Below are positions 11,651-22,033 of a stretch of 32,666 nt of DNA, piece by piece. The notes beneath the pieces are model-generated. The model worked only from the letters and a program-made list of their open reading frames with translations. It did not search any database and was not told the origin of the DNA. The position numbers and the translations under genes were made by a program. How positions within the stretch are numbered: position 1 is the first letter of the stretch; every line of letters starts with the position of its first letter. Source of the DNA: Octopus bimaculoides (Eukaryota); NCBI RefSeq assembly GCF_001194135.2, contig NC_068987.1, forward strand, positions 10,180,780 through 10,213,445, read 5' to 3'.

Positions 11651-12465
11651 TGCACACAGTGGCATCCGAAATATCTGTTTGAATACTAAATCTTGGACAT
11701 TGGTGAAAGTCTGGCTTTTCAAGATTTCTTCGATTCCAGTTTTCTTAAATATTATCACAAATTACAGTAGATATACAGGACTGAAATATACACGCATGAT
11801 TTAAAAGATGCATATTTGACGTATAGGCGCAGAGACTGCCGTGTGGTAAGAGGGTCGATTCTAAATCACATAGCTTCGGTTTCAGTCCCACTGTGTGGCA
11901 CCTTGGGCAAATGTCTCTGAGAGTGTCACACACACGTCTAGTGATGTTTCTTGTCAGTCGCCAACTGGTTCCGTTTTGGGGCGCAGCCAACGCTAACGGC
12001 TGAAAAGACGCCACCTATAGTGATGGCTGCGAAGGGAGGTTACCCAACCGTGTTGTTTACCCATGGATGCGAGCGCTACTATCGCTCAACCATCTGTGCT
12101 ACACTATTATAGGAGTTTGTGTGTGTGTGCGTGTGTGTGTGTGGGTGTGTGTGTGTGTGTCTGTGTGTGTGTGTGTCTGTGTGTGTGTGTGTGTGTATGT
12201 GTGTGTGTGTGTGCGTGTGTGTGTGTTTGAGTCTGGCTCGCCCCCACTTGATAACGCTATCGGTTTGTTTGCATCACCGTAACTTCGATGTTAAGCAATG
12301 AAACTGATAGACCAAGCACCAGACTTTACAAAATAAGTACTATGTCCGATTTGTTCGATTAAAACCTTTCAAAATCAATCCTCCAGTCTGGCAACAATCC
12401 AGTGACTGCACCAAAATAAAAGATATGTAGTAGAAAACCCTAGATTCAAAGGATAAAAATACAAT

Positions 12466-12537
12466 TGCATCGGCCGGGAATTGAACCCGGATCGACTGCT
12501 TGGAAGGCAACCATGCTAACCGTTACACCACAGACGC
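12466..12537 (-). tRNA. tRNA-Gly(TCC), diverged array copy 4
   Basis: GCGTCTGTGGTGTAACGGTTAGCATGGTTGCCTTCCAAGCAGTCGATCCGGGTTCAATTCCCGGCCGATGCA. B box intact, one acceptor-stem mismatch (T6:C67), T5 terminator nearby. Confidence 0.92.
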
Positions 12538-12689
12538 TCTACTGTTATTGTCTTCAAATATTTGCATAAATACTAAATATTTGTCATTGTGAAATTTTTT
12601 ACTTCTCATGATTTCTTTGTCTCGCGTTTTCTTGAATATAATTTTAAACTACAAAATTTTATTCACACCAGTGACGACTGCTGGCCACT

Positions 12690-12830
12690 TTAAAAGGAAG
12701 CGATGAGCTTGTAAAATCGTTTGAATGCTGGACAATATGCTTACCGGCATTTCCTCCGTTTTCATGTTCTGAGTTCAAATTCCACCGAGGTTGACTTTCA
12801 AGAGTCGATAAAATAAATAAAAGTGGAACA
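12690..12830 (+). mobile_element. Family B degenerate copy
   Basis: GAGCTTGTAAAATCGTT..ATGCTTACCGGCATTTC..TTCTGAGTTCAAATTCCACCGAGGTTGAC. Confidence 0.7.
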
Positions 12831-13231
12831 TGTGATTTACTTAACACCCCGATCCCATTCACTTTATTGCTTACCTGTTTACGACCTCTGATGAAGCAGA
12901 AAAATAAACACGTCCCATGAATTGGACGTATTTGTTTTTAAACTGTAATTCTATTAGAATTGTCTATCTTCGTCAAATGTTCGATTTAACATAATCTATT
13001 TGCATCGGGTCATGACATGCTGGTGACTTCAAATAAGGATGAAATAGCGCTATACATGGCTACAAACAATTGAAAATTTTAAGATCTATATATTGAGTAC
13101 GAAAGAGAAATAATATATGTATATATTCTGTACATCTCATTCATTACTCTTTGATTTAAATTTCAAGCTTCAAAATTGCCTGAACTTAACGTAATCTAGA
13201 AGGGATTATCTTCAATACGATAACTGATCAT

Positions 13232-13535
13232 CACGGCAAGCTGGCAGAAACGTTAACACGCCGGGCGAAATGCTTAGCGATATTTCGTCTGTCTGTACTG
13301 TCTTTATGTTTTGTGACGTCCTATAAAAACTCTTTGTATAGCCTTTTGGGGGCAATAAAGAAATCGGTATTTTGTCTGTCTTTACATTCTGAGTTCAAAT
13401 TGCGCCGATGTCGACTTTGCCTTTCGTCCTTTCGCGGTCGATAAATTAAGTACCAGTTGCGTACTGGAGTCGATCTAATCGACTGACCTCCTCTCCAAAA
13501 ATTTCGGGCCTTGCGCCTAAAGTAGAAAAGAATAT
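13232..13535 (+). mobile_element. Family B nested pair
   Basis: Head 13232-13295, inner tail ...GGGGGCAATAAAGAAAT ending at 13364, outer copy resuming at CGGTATTTTGTCTGTC. Confidence 0.8.
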
Positions 13536-13622
13536 GATAGCTGATTGCAAGGGGTACAATGTATGTTTAATCATAATCCATATCCTCGAAACGTATCTGG
13601 AAAATTTCAGTAAAATATTTAA

Positions 13623-13735
13623 TAGGCGCTGGCATGGCTGTGTGGTTAAGAAACCCGCTTTACAACCACGCAGTTTCGTGTTCACTCCCTTTGAGCGGCA
13701 TCGGGGATAAGCGTCTTTTGATATAGTACTGGGTG
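13623..13735 (+). mobile_element. SINE family A head fragment
   Basis: AGGCGCTGGCATGGCTGTGTGGTTAAG...GTGTTCACTCCC; degenerate. Confidence 0.65.
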
Positions 13736-13737
13736 AG

Positions 13738-13945
13738 CTGGTATTGTTGTTACCGCATCGGACACAACGCTTAGTGGTATTTCTTCCGGCTTTTTAAGTT
13801 ATGAGTCTAGATGCCGTCGGAGTCGACTTTGCTTTTCACCCTTTCGGGGTCGATAACATAAGTGCCAGTTTAGCTTTGGAGGTCAACGTAATCGACTTGC
13901 CCCTTTCTCTCTAAACTGCTGACCTTGTATCAAAATTAAGAAAGA
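13738..13945 (+). mobile_element. Family B degenerate copy
   Basis: GCTTAGTGGTATTTC..GTCGACTTTGCTTTTCACCCTTTCGGGGTCGATAA..AATCGACTT. Confidence 0.7.
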
Positions 13946-14908
13946 TAGAAGGAAGTATTTCTGTTTCATTCTAACGGAGAGAAAAACCATTGTTTTTAAT
14001 AACAATATCAGTGTATGGTGATTAAGTGTGACCTGGGGATGTCATGAACAATATTTAAGCGAAGAACGAAGTGAAGAGAAATACCATGCGATATTTCTCG
14101 AGTCGTGAACCAACTAAACATAGAAATCTAATTCAATGGTAATCCTACTTCGATTCCTGATCAACTCCAGTTCACTTCATGAACACTTTCACTAAAACTC
14201 TTCACAAACGCAAGAATGTCACACAATCTCATTCTCGTCCCTTAAATGAATTTTCAACTTATTTCTCAACGGATTTGCAAGGTTTCAGAGTCTCAAAGAC
14301 ATCGACAAGATAATTGGATCAATTCCAACTGCGAATTGAAACCGACAAGCAAGTTTAAGTTTGCCAAGCTCTTAACTCTCTCATAACCACATTAAATTAT
14401 ACATGCACATATGTACAGACACGCACGTATATATGTAAATGTATGTATATATATGTGTGTGTGTGTGGGTGTGTGTGTGTGTGTATTTATATATTATGTA
14501 TGTATATGTGCATGCATGCATTTACATATGAATGAGTGTGTGCGCTTGTTACTCTCTGTACGTGTATGTTAAGTCTGAATGTTGGTGGGTGTGCTTGCAC
14601 CTATCTACATACACACACACACACATTCAAATACACACATATGCATTCAAATGTTAAAGTCTGCCTTCAAAAACAGAAAAAGTACTCAATACTTGATGTA
14701 GAGTATACAGTTATTCAAAGTATTTTTTTCTCTCAACTCGAGTTTCACATTGCTACAATCATCGAGTGATCTGGGATGGGGTTCAAGAGTTCGAACTGGG
14801 TTTACATACTTTGATCTGATACATTTTTTTGTGTACACATATCACCTATAATGCTGAGTTTCAAAAGCGTTGGCTATGGTTGCCGTCGTTTCATCTGCCA
14901 GTTCACTA

Positions 14909-14951
<43 letters not shown>

Positions 14952-15116
14952 GCACAGACATATACATAGATATGTATATATTGTATATATATGCATACAT
15001 ACATACATACATACATACATGCATACACACATACATATATTCATTCTGGAACTGGATGGGCCTATAACAACAGGCCAGCCGACACAAATAATCTCTAGTG
15101 AGACTTCTTTATCAAT

Positions 15117-15161
15117 GTACCTTAAGAGACCCAGACCGATGGGTCGAAACATATGTTGTAC
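15117..15161 (+). ncRNA. Penelope-type minimal type-I hammerhead ribozyme relic (G5->U)
   Basis: GTAC|CTTAAGA|GACCCA-GACCGA-TGGGTC|GAAA|C-ATAT-G|TT|GTAC: all three stems present, palindromic stem-III loop, one core substitution, AATAAA just downstream. Confidence 0.7.
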
Positions 15162-15252
15162 CTAATAAAATCCTTCTCCTACTATTGACTTATCCCCTCC
15201 CACAAAATTGCTGCCCTTGTGACAAAATTTGAAATCATTATAATTATTATTA

Positions 15253-15462
15253 AGGCGGCGAGCTGGTAAAATCGTTAGTACGCTGAATGAAATATTTAGC
15301 GGCATTTCGCTAGTCGCTGCGTTCTGAGTTCAAATCCGCCGAGGTCGACTTTGCCTTTCATCCTTTCGGGGTCGATAAATTAAGTAACAGTTGAGTAATG
15401 GGGTCGTTTTAAACGACTATCTCCTCCCCAAAATTTGAGGCCTTGTGCCTATATTAGAAAGG
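15253..15462 (+). mobile_element. Family B copy
   Basis: AGGCGGCGAGCTGG...GAGTTCAAATCCGCCGAGGTCGACTTTGCCTTTCATCCTTTCGGGGTCGATAAATTAAG, followed by (ATT)n. Confidence 0.88.
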
Positions 15463-15494
<32 letters not shown>

Positions 15495-15904
15495 GATAAT
15501 GATGATGATTATGATAGTGTTTGTTATGATAAGGGAATTATGATAATGGTGGTTTTGTTAATGTTCAAGTGTTCTTTTCAACACGGCTGCGTTTGTTACT
15601 TTAGCGACAATTGTCTTTCTCTTAAAAAATGCAAACAGCTTTGAAATCGCCACTCTTTCTTCATCTATTTTGAATAATTGATTAAACAGCGAAACAAATC
15701 CGTTGTATTTCCATCAGATTTTTTTCAGTCAGTCTTTACAACTACTATTTATAGTGAAATTAATTAATCTTGTTAAAAATCAATTTAGTCATTAAAATAA
15801 TTTGTAAGTAATTTCGTTTAACATGTTTGCTCATCCTTTCATCTGTTAACTTATTCATGCTGNNNNNNNNNNNNNNNNNNNNNNCTAGGGGTCATAGTTG
15901 GAGT

Positions 15905-16092
15905 GGTCTGGTGGTGGTCATCGCCGTTTTGCTGTTTTGGGTGGTGGTGGCGGTGGTGGTGGTGGTAGTGGTGGTAGTGGTGGTAGTAATGGTTATAGTT
16001 GTGGTGATGGTGGTAATGGTGGTGGTAATGGTGGTGGTAATGGTGGTGGTAATGGTGGTAATGGTGGTAGTGGTGGTGGTGGTGGTGGTGGC
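15905..16092. repeat. (GGT)n/(GGTAAT)n low-complexity tract
   Basis: Direct reading; source of the poly-V/G/T ORFs. Confidence 0.95.
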
Positions 16093-16094
16093 TC

Positions 16095-16329
16095 CTAAGC
16101 TCATGGATAAAGGCAGACAGCGAGGGCCTTATCTTAGCCGCTCAAGATGGGGTAAGAGGACTAGTCGATTACATCGACTCTAGTCATCACCTGACACTTA
16201 TTTTATCGACCCTGAAAGGATGAAAGGTAAAGTTGACTTTGAAGGAATTTGAACTCAGGACGTCGAGACAGACAAAATGCTGCTAAGCATTTAGTCCAGC
16301 GTACTAACGGTTCTGCCAGCTCATCACTT

Positions 16330-16330
<1 letters not shown>
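16095..16330 (-). mobile_element. Family B copy
   Basis: TTTATCGACCCTGAAAGGATGAAAGGTAAAGTTGAC..GAATTTGAACTCAG..GCTAAGCATTT..CTGCCAGCTC. Confidence 0.82.

Positions 16331-16411
<81 letters not shown>
16331..16411. repeat. (AAT)n microsatellite
   Basis: Direct reading. Confidence 0.99.
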
Positions 16412-16412
<1 letters not shown>

Positions 16413-16590
16413 TTTGGCACAAAGGCAGCCATTTTAGGAGAGGGGACTAGTCGAGTACATTGACCCCAGTGTTCAACTGTTACTTATTTTATCGACCCTG
16501 AAAGAATGGAAGGTAAAGCCGACCTCAGCAGAATTTGAACTTAGAGCGTGAAGACGGATGAAATGCCGCTAAGCATTTTGTCCGGTACGA
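16413..16590 (-). mobile_element. Family B copy
   Basis: Same motifs as 16095-16330. Confidence 0.8.
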
Positions 16591-16639
16591 TGAATATAGC
16601 TGTCATGAAATGTTATCTTTTGAGCAAACCCACTGACAA

Positions 16640-16895
16640 TGAAGGGGAGATTCCATAAGGGGACATAAAAGAAAAGATCGAAAGGTACGGACTATTAAAA
16701 GACGAAATTACAACAATGTGGACTTTGAGGAGGGTGTCCGTCATTCATGTTGTTGTAGCAGCACTCGGAGCACTAAGAACGAAGCTTATAATGTGTGGAA
16801 AGAGACCCTGTGAGACCTCTGACAGCAGGCTGCTGTCCGCTCTTACAGAATCTACCGGAATAAACAAAACCGAACATTGTGAGAGGTAAAGCAAT
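16640..16895 (+). mobile_element. RLE-type (R4/Dong/NeSL/Hero-like) non-LTR retrotransposon 3' fragment
   Basis: From 16665: IKEKIERYGLLKDEITTMWTLRRVSVIHVVVAALGAL, matching the C-terminal restriction-like endonuclease motif KE.EK..KY..L..EI..LW...V.V.PVVVGALG, followed by a 3'UTR-like tract. Exact clade not determinable by eye. Confidence 0.75.
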
Positions 16896-16904
16896 AACCC
16901 TTTC

Positions 16905-17091
16905 TACTATAGGCACAAGGCCAGAAACCTTTCGGTAGGGGACTAGTCTATTCCATCGACCCCAGTGCTCAGCTTGTACTTATTTTATCGACCACGAAAG
17001 GATTAAAAGGCAGATTCGACCTCGGCGGAATTTGAACTCAGAAAGTAAAGGTGGATGAAATGCAGTTAAGCATTTTACCCAGTGTGCTAAC
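16905..17091 (-). mobile_element. Family B copy (runs into gap)
   Basis: ATCGACCCCAGTG..TTTATCGAC..GACCTCGGCGGAATTTGAACTCAG..TAAGCATTT. Confidence 0.8.
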
Positions 17092-17519
17092 NNNNNNNNN
17101 NNNNNNNNNNNNNNNNNNNNNNNNNNNNNNNNNNNNNNNNNNNNNNNNNNNNNNNNNNNNNNNNNNNNNNNNNNNNNNNNNNNNNNNNNNNNNNNNNNNN
17201 NNNNNNNNNNNNNNNNNNNNNNNNNNNNNNNNNNNNNNNNNNNNNNNNNNNNNNNNNNNNNNNNNNNNNNNNNNNNNNNNNNNNNNNNNNNNNNNNNNNN
17301 NNNNNNNNNNNNNNNNNNNNNNNNNNNNNNNNNNNNNNNNNNNNNNNNNNNNNNNNNNNNNNNNNNNNNNNNNNNNNNNNNNNNNNNNNNNNNNNNNNNN
17401 NNNNNNNNNNNNNNNNNNNNNNNNNTCAGCTTAAGGTTGTGTATGGGGGGGGGGCTAACGTTGTGTATGCTGATGTGTTTGTGTGTGCGTTATAACTATG
17501 TTTGTACGTGCGTCTGTGT

Positions 17520-17551
<32 letters not shown>

Positions 17552-17574
17552 CTATGCGTGTATCTGTGTGTGTC

Positions 17575-17615
<41 letters not shown>

Positions 17616-17951
17616 CAGATGTTTAGAACTTAAGACTATAAATGACGAAACAGAGGATTTACATATATAACGTGAAAAGAAAGGAAGGAAGAATGAATGA
17701 ATGAATGAATGAAAGCAAGAAAGAAGGAATGAAGGAAAAGCAGAAACAAACAAACAAAGGGAAAAAAGAAAGGCAAGAAAGGAAAGAAAGGGAGAAAGGA
17801 AATGAAGTACTAAAAACGAAAGTTGATGCTAATGTGTAAGATATCGATCGTTTGCTTAAGTAAAGCGATTTTGTTGAGTGAGAAAATGTTAACAAACTAA
17901 TGATAGCAACATCTCCACCAGCACCGATACCTACGCCACCAACACTGGAAA

Positions 17952-18150
17952 CTGTGGGTAAAATGTATCTCTGTAGTTGTAGGTGCATTAGGAACTGTCC
18001 CTAAAGATTTGAACAGATCGATAGAGAAAATAGGCATAAAACCCAGTTTAGTACAGCTGCAGAAAACAGTGTTATTAGGGACAGCTAAGATACTTAGGTG
18101 GGTTACTTGGCATCTAAGGTTACTTGTTGTAGCCCGATGTTTGGAATTTT
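17952..18150 (+). mobile_element. RLE-type non-LTR retrotransposon 3' terminal fragment (different family from 16640)
   Basis: LWVKCISVVVGALGTVPKDLNRSIEKIGIKPSLVQLQKTVLLGTAKILRWV matches the conserved C-terminus VVVGALG..P..L...L..LGI.....LQK..LLGTA.ILR. Confidence 0.88.
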
Positions 18151-18999
18151 TCTTTTCCAACAGTCTAATCTGTTATGCGTATATGAAATCTTATAATAAT
18201 TCTACTTGTCACTCCGTTACTTAGCCCGTCCGTTATGCTTCCACGTAATTAGTTGAAAGAGGAAGGGATGTGAGGAGTGGGAGGGGTGGGGGAAGATGAG
18301 GAGGTAGGAAGGAGTAGGAGGAAGAAGTGGTGGTGAATGAAATGTGTAATTTATTTTTTTAACTAAGTTTTTCTTTTCTCTCCGTAACTTAGCTCGTTTG
18401 TAACGCTTTCACGTGATTAGCTGAAGGGAAGGGCGAAGAGTGAAAGAAAAAGGAAAGAGAAAAAGGGGGTAAGGTGAAGAGTGAAAGAGAAGGAGGGAGA
18501 GTGTTGTGCATTAAGTCTATAAAATTGTGCATAAAGTATGTAAAGTATGCGTAGCAGATGAGTGACTATCTTTTGATACAGACACATCACAGGCTACGCT
18601 TTCAGGTATTTTTGGAGAAAGTTTTCAGAAATGACGCAATAAATTAGAAAATTACTATTTTTAAATTTCACAACGTGAGATAATCAGCAACAGTTCTTTG
18701 TAGTAAAGAATTACAGCAACATTAGTCCTAAACCAGGACTGCCATGTTATATTGGTAAATAATCTTTACTATAACCCAATAAATTTACTATTGATTCCGT
18801 GAAATATTTGATGACAAAAAAACAGTCCTCCATACTCTACCAACTTGCCAAGGACCAACATGGAGGCAACTTGATGTCCGTATTTTATCCAAGCACTCAA
18901 AGGACCCAACACTCAGACAAATATAAGAGTATGTCCTCATAAATGAAACATCCCCAGTACTAAATAGGAAATATACAGGTAGAATAGTTAGCGGGCTGT

Positions 19000-20121
19000 T
19001 ATGTAGATGTGTGTATACATATATGTATGTACATGTATATAAGCAAATGGATATGAAAGTAAACAGATAGACATACAGACGGATAGGTACACAGGTAAGA
19101 TGAACAGACAAGCACACATACACACACATACGCAAACGAAGGCTGAACCACATGACCATATATACACACAGACTTCACTTCACACAAGGACACATATGGA
19201 GACACACATCCACACATATGGAGCTACACATCCATACAGACAGACACAGTACATAGTCACAAAAACGCATACACACACACACATGCAAACACACACACAC
19301 ATGCAAACACACACACACATGCAAACACACTCATGAAACACACACACATAAAAACACACAACCACGAACACACAAACACATGAATATGCGGAATACATAC
19401 AGAATACATGCAGAATACAAACGTACACACATACATATATACATATGCGCACACACACATACACATACATAAATGCATACACACACTTACATGTATACAT
19501 ACATATATACATACATATATACATACATACATACATACATACATACATGTGTATGCCCACACACACTGACCCATACGCATGCGCACAAACAAAGAAAAAG
19601 AACGCAGCTTGAATAGCGGACAGAGTCAACGACTATTGAAAAGATTGCAAGCAGCAACGAAAATTTTAGAAAAATAAATAAGTAAATGAATGGAAATTTT
19701 ACCGGTGTGTGTGTGTGTTAAATTACAAGGCACTAAAAGAGAATGGTTCTCCCCAGACACAACAGTGTATATACATATATACATACATACATATAAATCA
19801 TATTGTTGCTCTAAATGTTTACGATTATCTGATGATTAATTGCATGAAACTTAGAATAAAAGTTTATGAAGTGTTTTGAGTTACAATGCATATAATATAA
19901 ATTTTGCCTATATTTTTTGACTTATGAAAACTTTATATGAGTGTGTGTGCGTATGTGCGTGTGTATGTGTGTGTGGCTGTGTGTTTCTGTGTACGTATGT
20001 GTTTCTGTGTACGTACGTGTGTTTCTTACACTTTATACATTCTACACACACACATCTATTACCTGTTCAGTCAGCCATATATACATACAAACAGACATGC
20101 ATACATGCATTCATACATACA

Positions 20122-20157
<36 letters not shown>

Positions 20158-20165
20158 CATACTTA
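19000..20165. repeat. Compound (CA)n/(TACA)n/(TG)n microsatellite field
   Basis: Direct reading. Confidence 0.92.
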
Positions 20166-21191
20166 TGTTCATTAATGGGAGTGTCTTGTGTATAATACTA
20201 TGTCTGTCCGTAAGCAAGTGTTTTCTTAAATTCTCAACAATAAGGAAACATAAGCTAGATTTAATAAAATCTGTCAAATATAATCAAGCAGTAATTGGCC
20301 AGACATTAAGTTTTTTGTGTTCGTCGCCATAACTAAACTGCTGTCTTTATTTTGTTAAATTTATTTCTATTACATCATTCATTTTCACTGACTATTCCTC
20401 AACATTTTCTACAATTTTTATCATATTGTTGATTATTTGTCAATAATATCTGCACAAATGAAGTGGCAGCTATTCCAGCCGATAACGCTTCGAACTCCAT
20501 GTGCGTGTGTACATATACATGTATATTATATATATATATATATATATATNNNNNNNNNNNNNNNNNNNNNNNNNNNNNNNNNNNNNNNNNNNNNNNNNNN
20601 NNNNNNNNNNNNNNNNNNNNNNNNNNNNNNNNNNNNNNNNNNNNNNNNNNNNNNNNNNNNNNNNNNNNNNNNNNNNNNNNNNNNNNNNNNNNNNNNNNNN
20701 NNNNNNNNNNNNNNNNNNNNNNNNNNNNNNNNNNNNNNNNNNNNNNNNNNNNNNNNNNNNNNNNNNNNNNNNNNNNNNNNNNNNNNNNNNNNNNNNNNNN
20801 NNNNNNNNNNNNNNNNNNNNNNNNNNNNNNNNNNNNNNNNNNNNNNNNNNNNNNNNNNNNNNNNNNNNNNNNNNNNNNNNNNNNNNNNNNNNNNNNNNNN
20901 NNNNNNNNNNNNNNNNNNNNNNNNNNNNNNNNNNNNNNNNNNNNNNNNNNNNNNNNNNNNNNNNNNNNNNNNNNNNNNNNNNNNNNNNNNNNNNNNNNNN
21001 NNNNNNNNNNNNNNNNNNNNNNNNNNNNNNNNNNNNNNNNNNNNNNNNNNNNNNNNNNNNNNNNNNNNNNNNNNNNNNNNNNNNNNNNNNNNNNNNNNNN
21101 NNNNNNNNNNNNNNNNNNNNNNNNNNNNNNNNNNNNNNNNNNNNNNNNNNNNNNNNNNNNNNNNNNNNNNNNNNNNNNNNNNNNNNNNNNN

Positions 21192-21244
<53 letters not shown>

Positions 21245-21442
21245 ACATCAACTTATACATATATATATATAAACACATTCATACATTCATATATGCATTC
21301 ATATGAATTAGTGAATTATAAGTTCAATATATACGCGCGTATATGTGTGTGTGCGTGTGTAAATATATATTTATATATGTATATCATATATAAATACATA
21401 AGCAAAACGTTGATTGCATTTACCACCGTCATCACCACCGTC

Positions 21443-21472
21443 CACGTGTACTCCCACGTGTCCAACCACGTG
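21443..21472. promoter_or_regulatory. Three CACGTG E-boxes with 6-bp spacers (candidate; may instead be a 12-bp coding-like repeat)
   Basis: CACGTG-TACTCC-CACGTG-TCCAAC-CACGTG at 21443, 21455 and 21467. Confidence 0.35.
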
Positions 21473-22033
21473 CCCTCCCTGTGTCCAGGGCTCAGCTAGC
21501 CAAGACTCTCCAATTCCCTCTGAAGTGTATTGCATTCCTACAATCAGCCAGGTTCCTGCTTTTATTGGGTTGGTGCATAATTATTGCGGCTTTTTTTCCA
21601 CAAATTTTATTCAACAAAAACAATAACAATATTTCACAAAAACATCTTTAAAAGACGGTTTGACCGTCTCCCAAGCAAATGAGAAGCAGTAATTGAAGTA
21701 GATGGTGAATATGCTCCGGAATAATCATTTAAAGATGCTTTTGTTACATGTTGTTATTGTTTGTTTTTTTTTAATATAAAATTTGTTGAAAAAAAGCCGC
21801 AATATTTATGAACCAACCCAATAGTTCATTCTTTGATATCGTCAGTTCGCAAACGTCTTTGAGGGCTTCTTACATTTTCCCCTCCACACTTCCTATGAGG
21901 ATAGTCTTAGGCAGTGGCTCAGAATATGACAGCTCTGTGGACCTGGTTCTCGACAATAGACTGGATTTGGAGACACGTCAGGAAAATAGTCGAGCTGTTC
22001 ACGAATTTATGTTATATATTATTTGACATGAAT

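Larger units (their letters stand above)
10019..12655. repeat. Tandem array, ~597-bp unit = internally deleted SINE family A (+) plus tRNA-Gly(TCC) (-) plus AT-rich spacer
   Basis: Marker AATATTAT(C/T)ACAAATTACAGTAGATATACAGGACTG recurs at 10019, 10616 and 11748; tRNAs at 10447, 11044, 11579 and 12466. Units 1 and 2 differ at about 12 of the first 220 positions by eye. The last unit (12108-12655) is much more diverged. Confidence 0.95.

Noticed and set aside
10019-12655. CRISPR-like or retron-like interpretation of the array
   Set aside because: Units are ~600 bp with no unique spacers or cas genes, the context is eukaryotic, and SINE + tRNA explains the content.
14842-20332. Many VC/YI/HT/poly-V/G/T ORFs (also 222-518, 6333-6591, 28771-29457, 30293-31643)
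   Set aside because: They are translations of microsatellites with no domain signal.
21653-21669. 7-bp hairpin AGACGGT-TTG-ACCGTCT (also AGTCCT/AGGACT at about 18723-18739)
   Set aside because: Too short to exceed chance, with no Helitron CTRR end or other supporting context.
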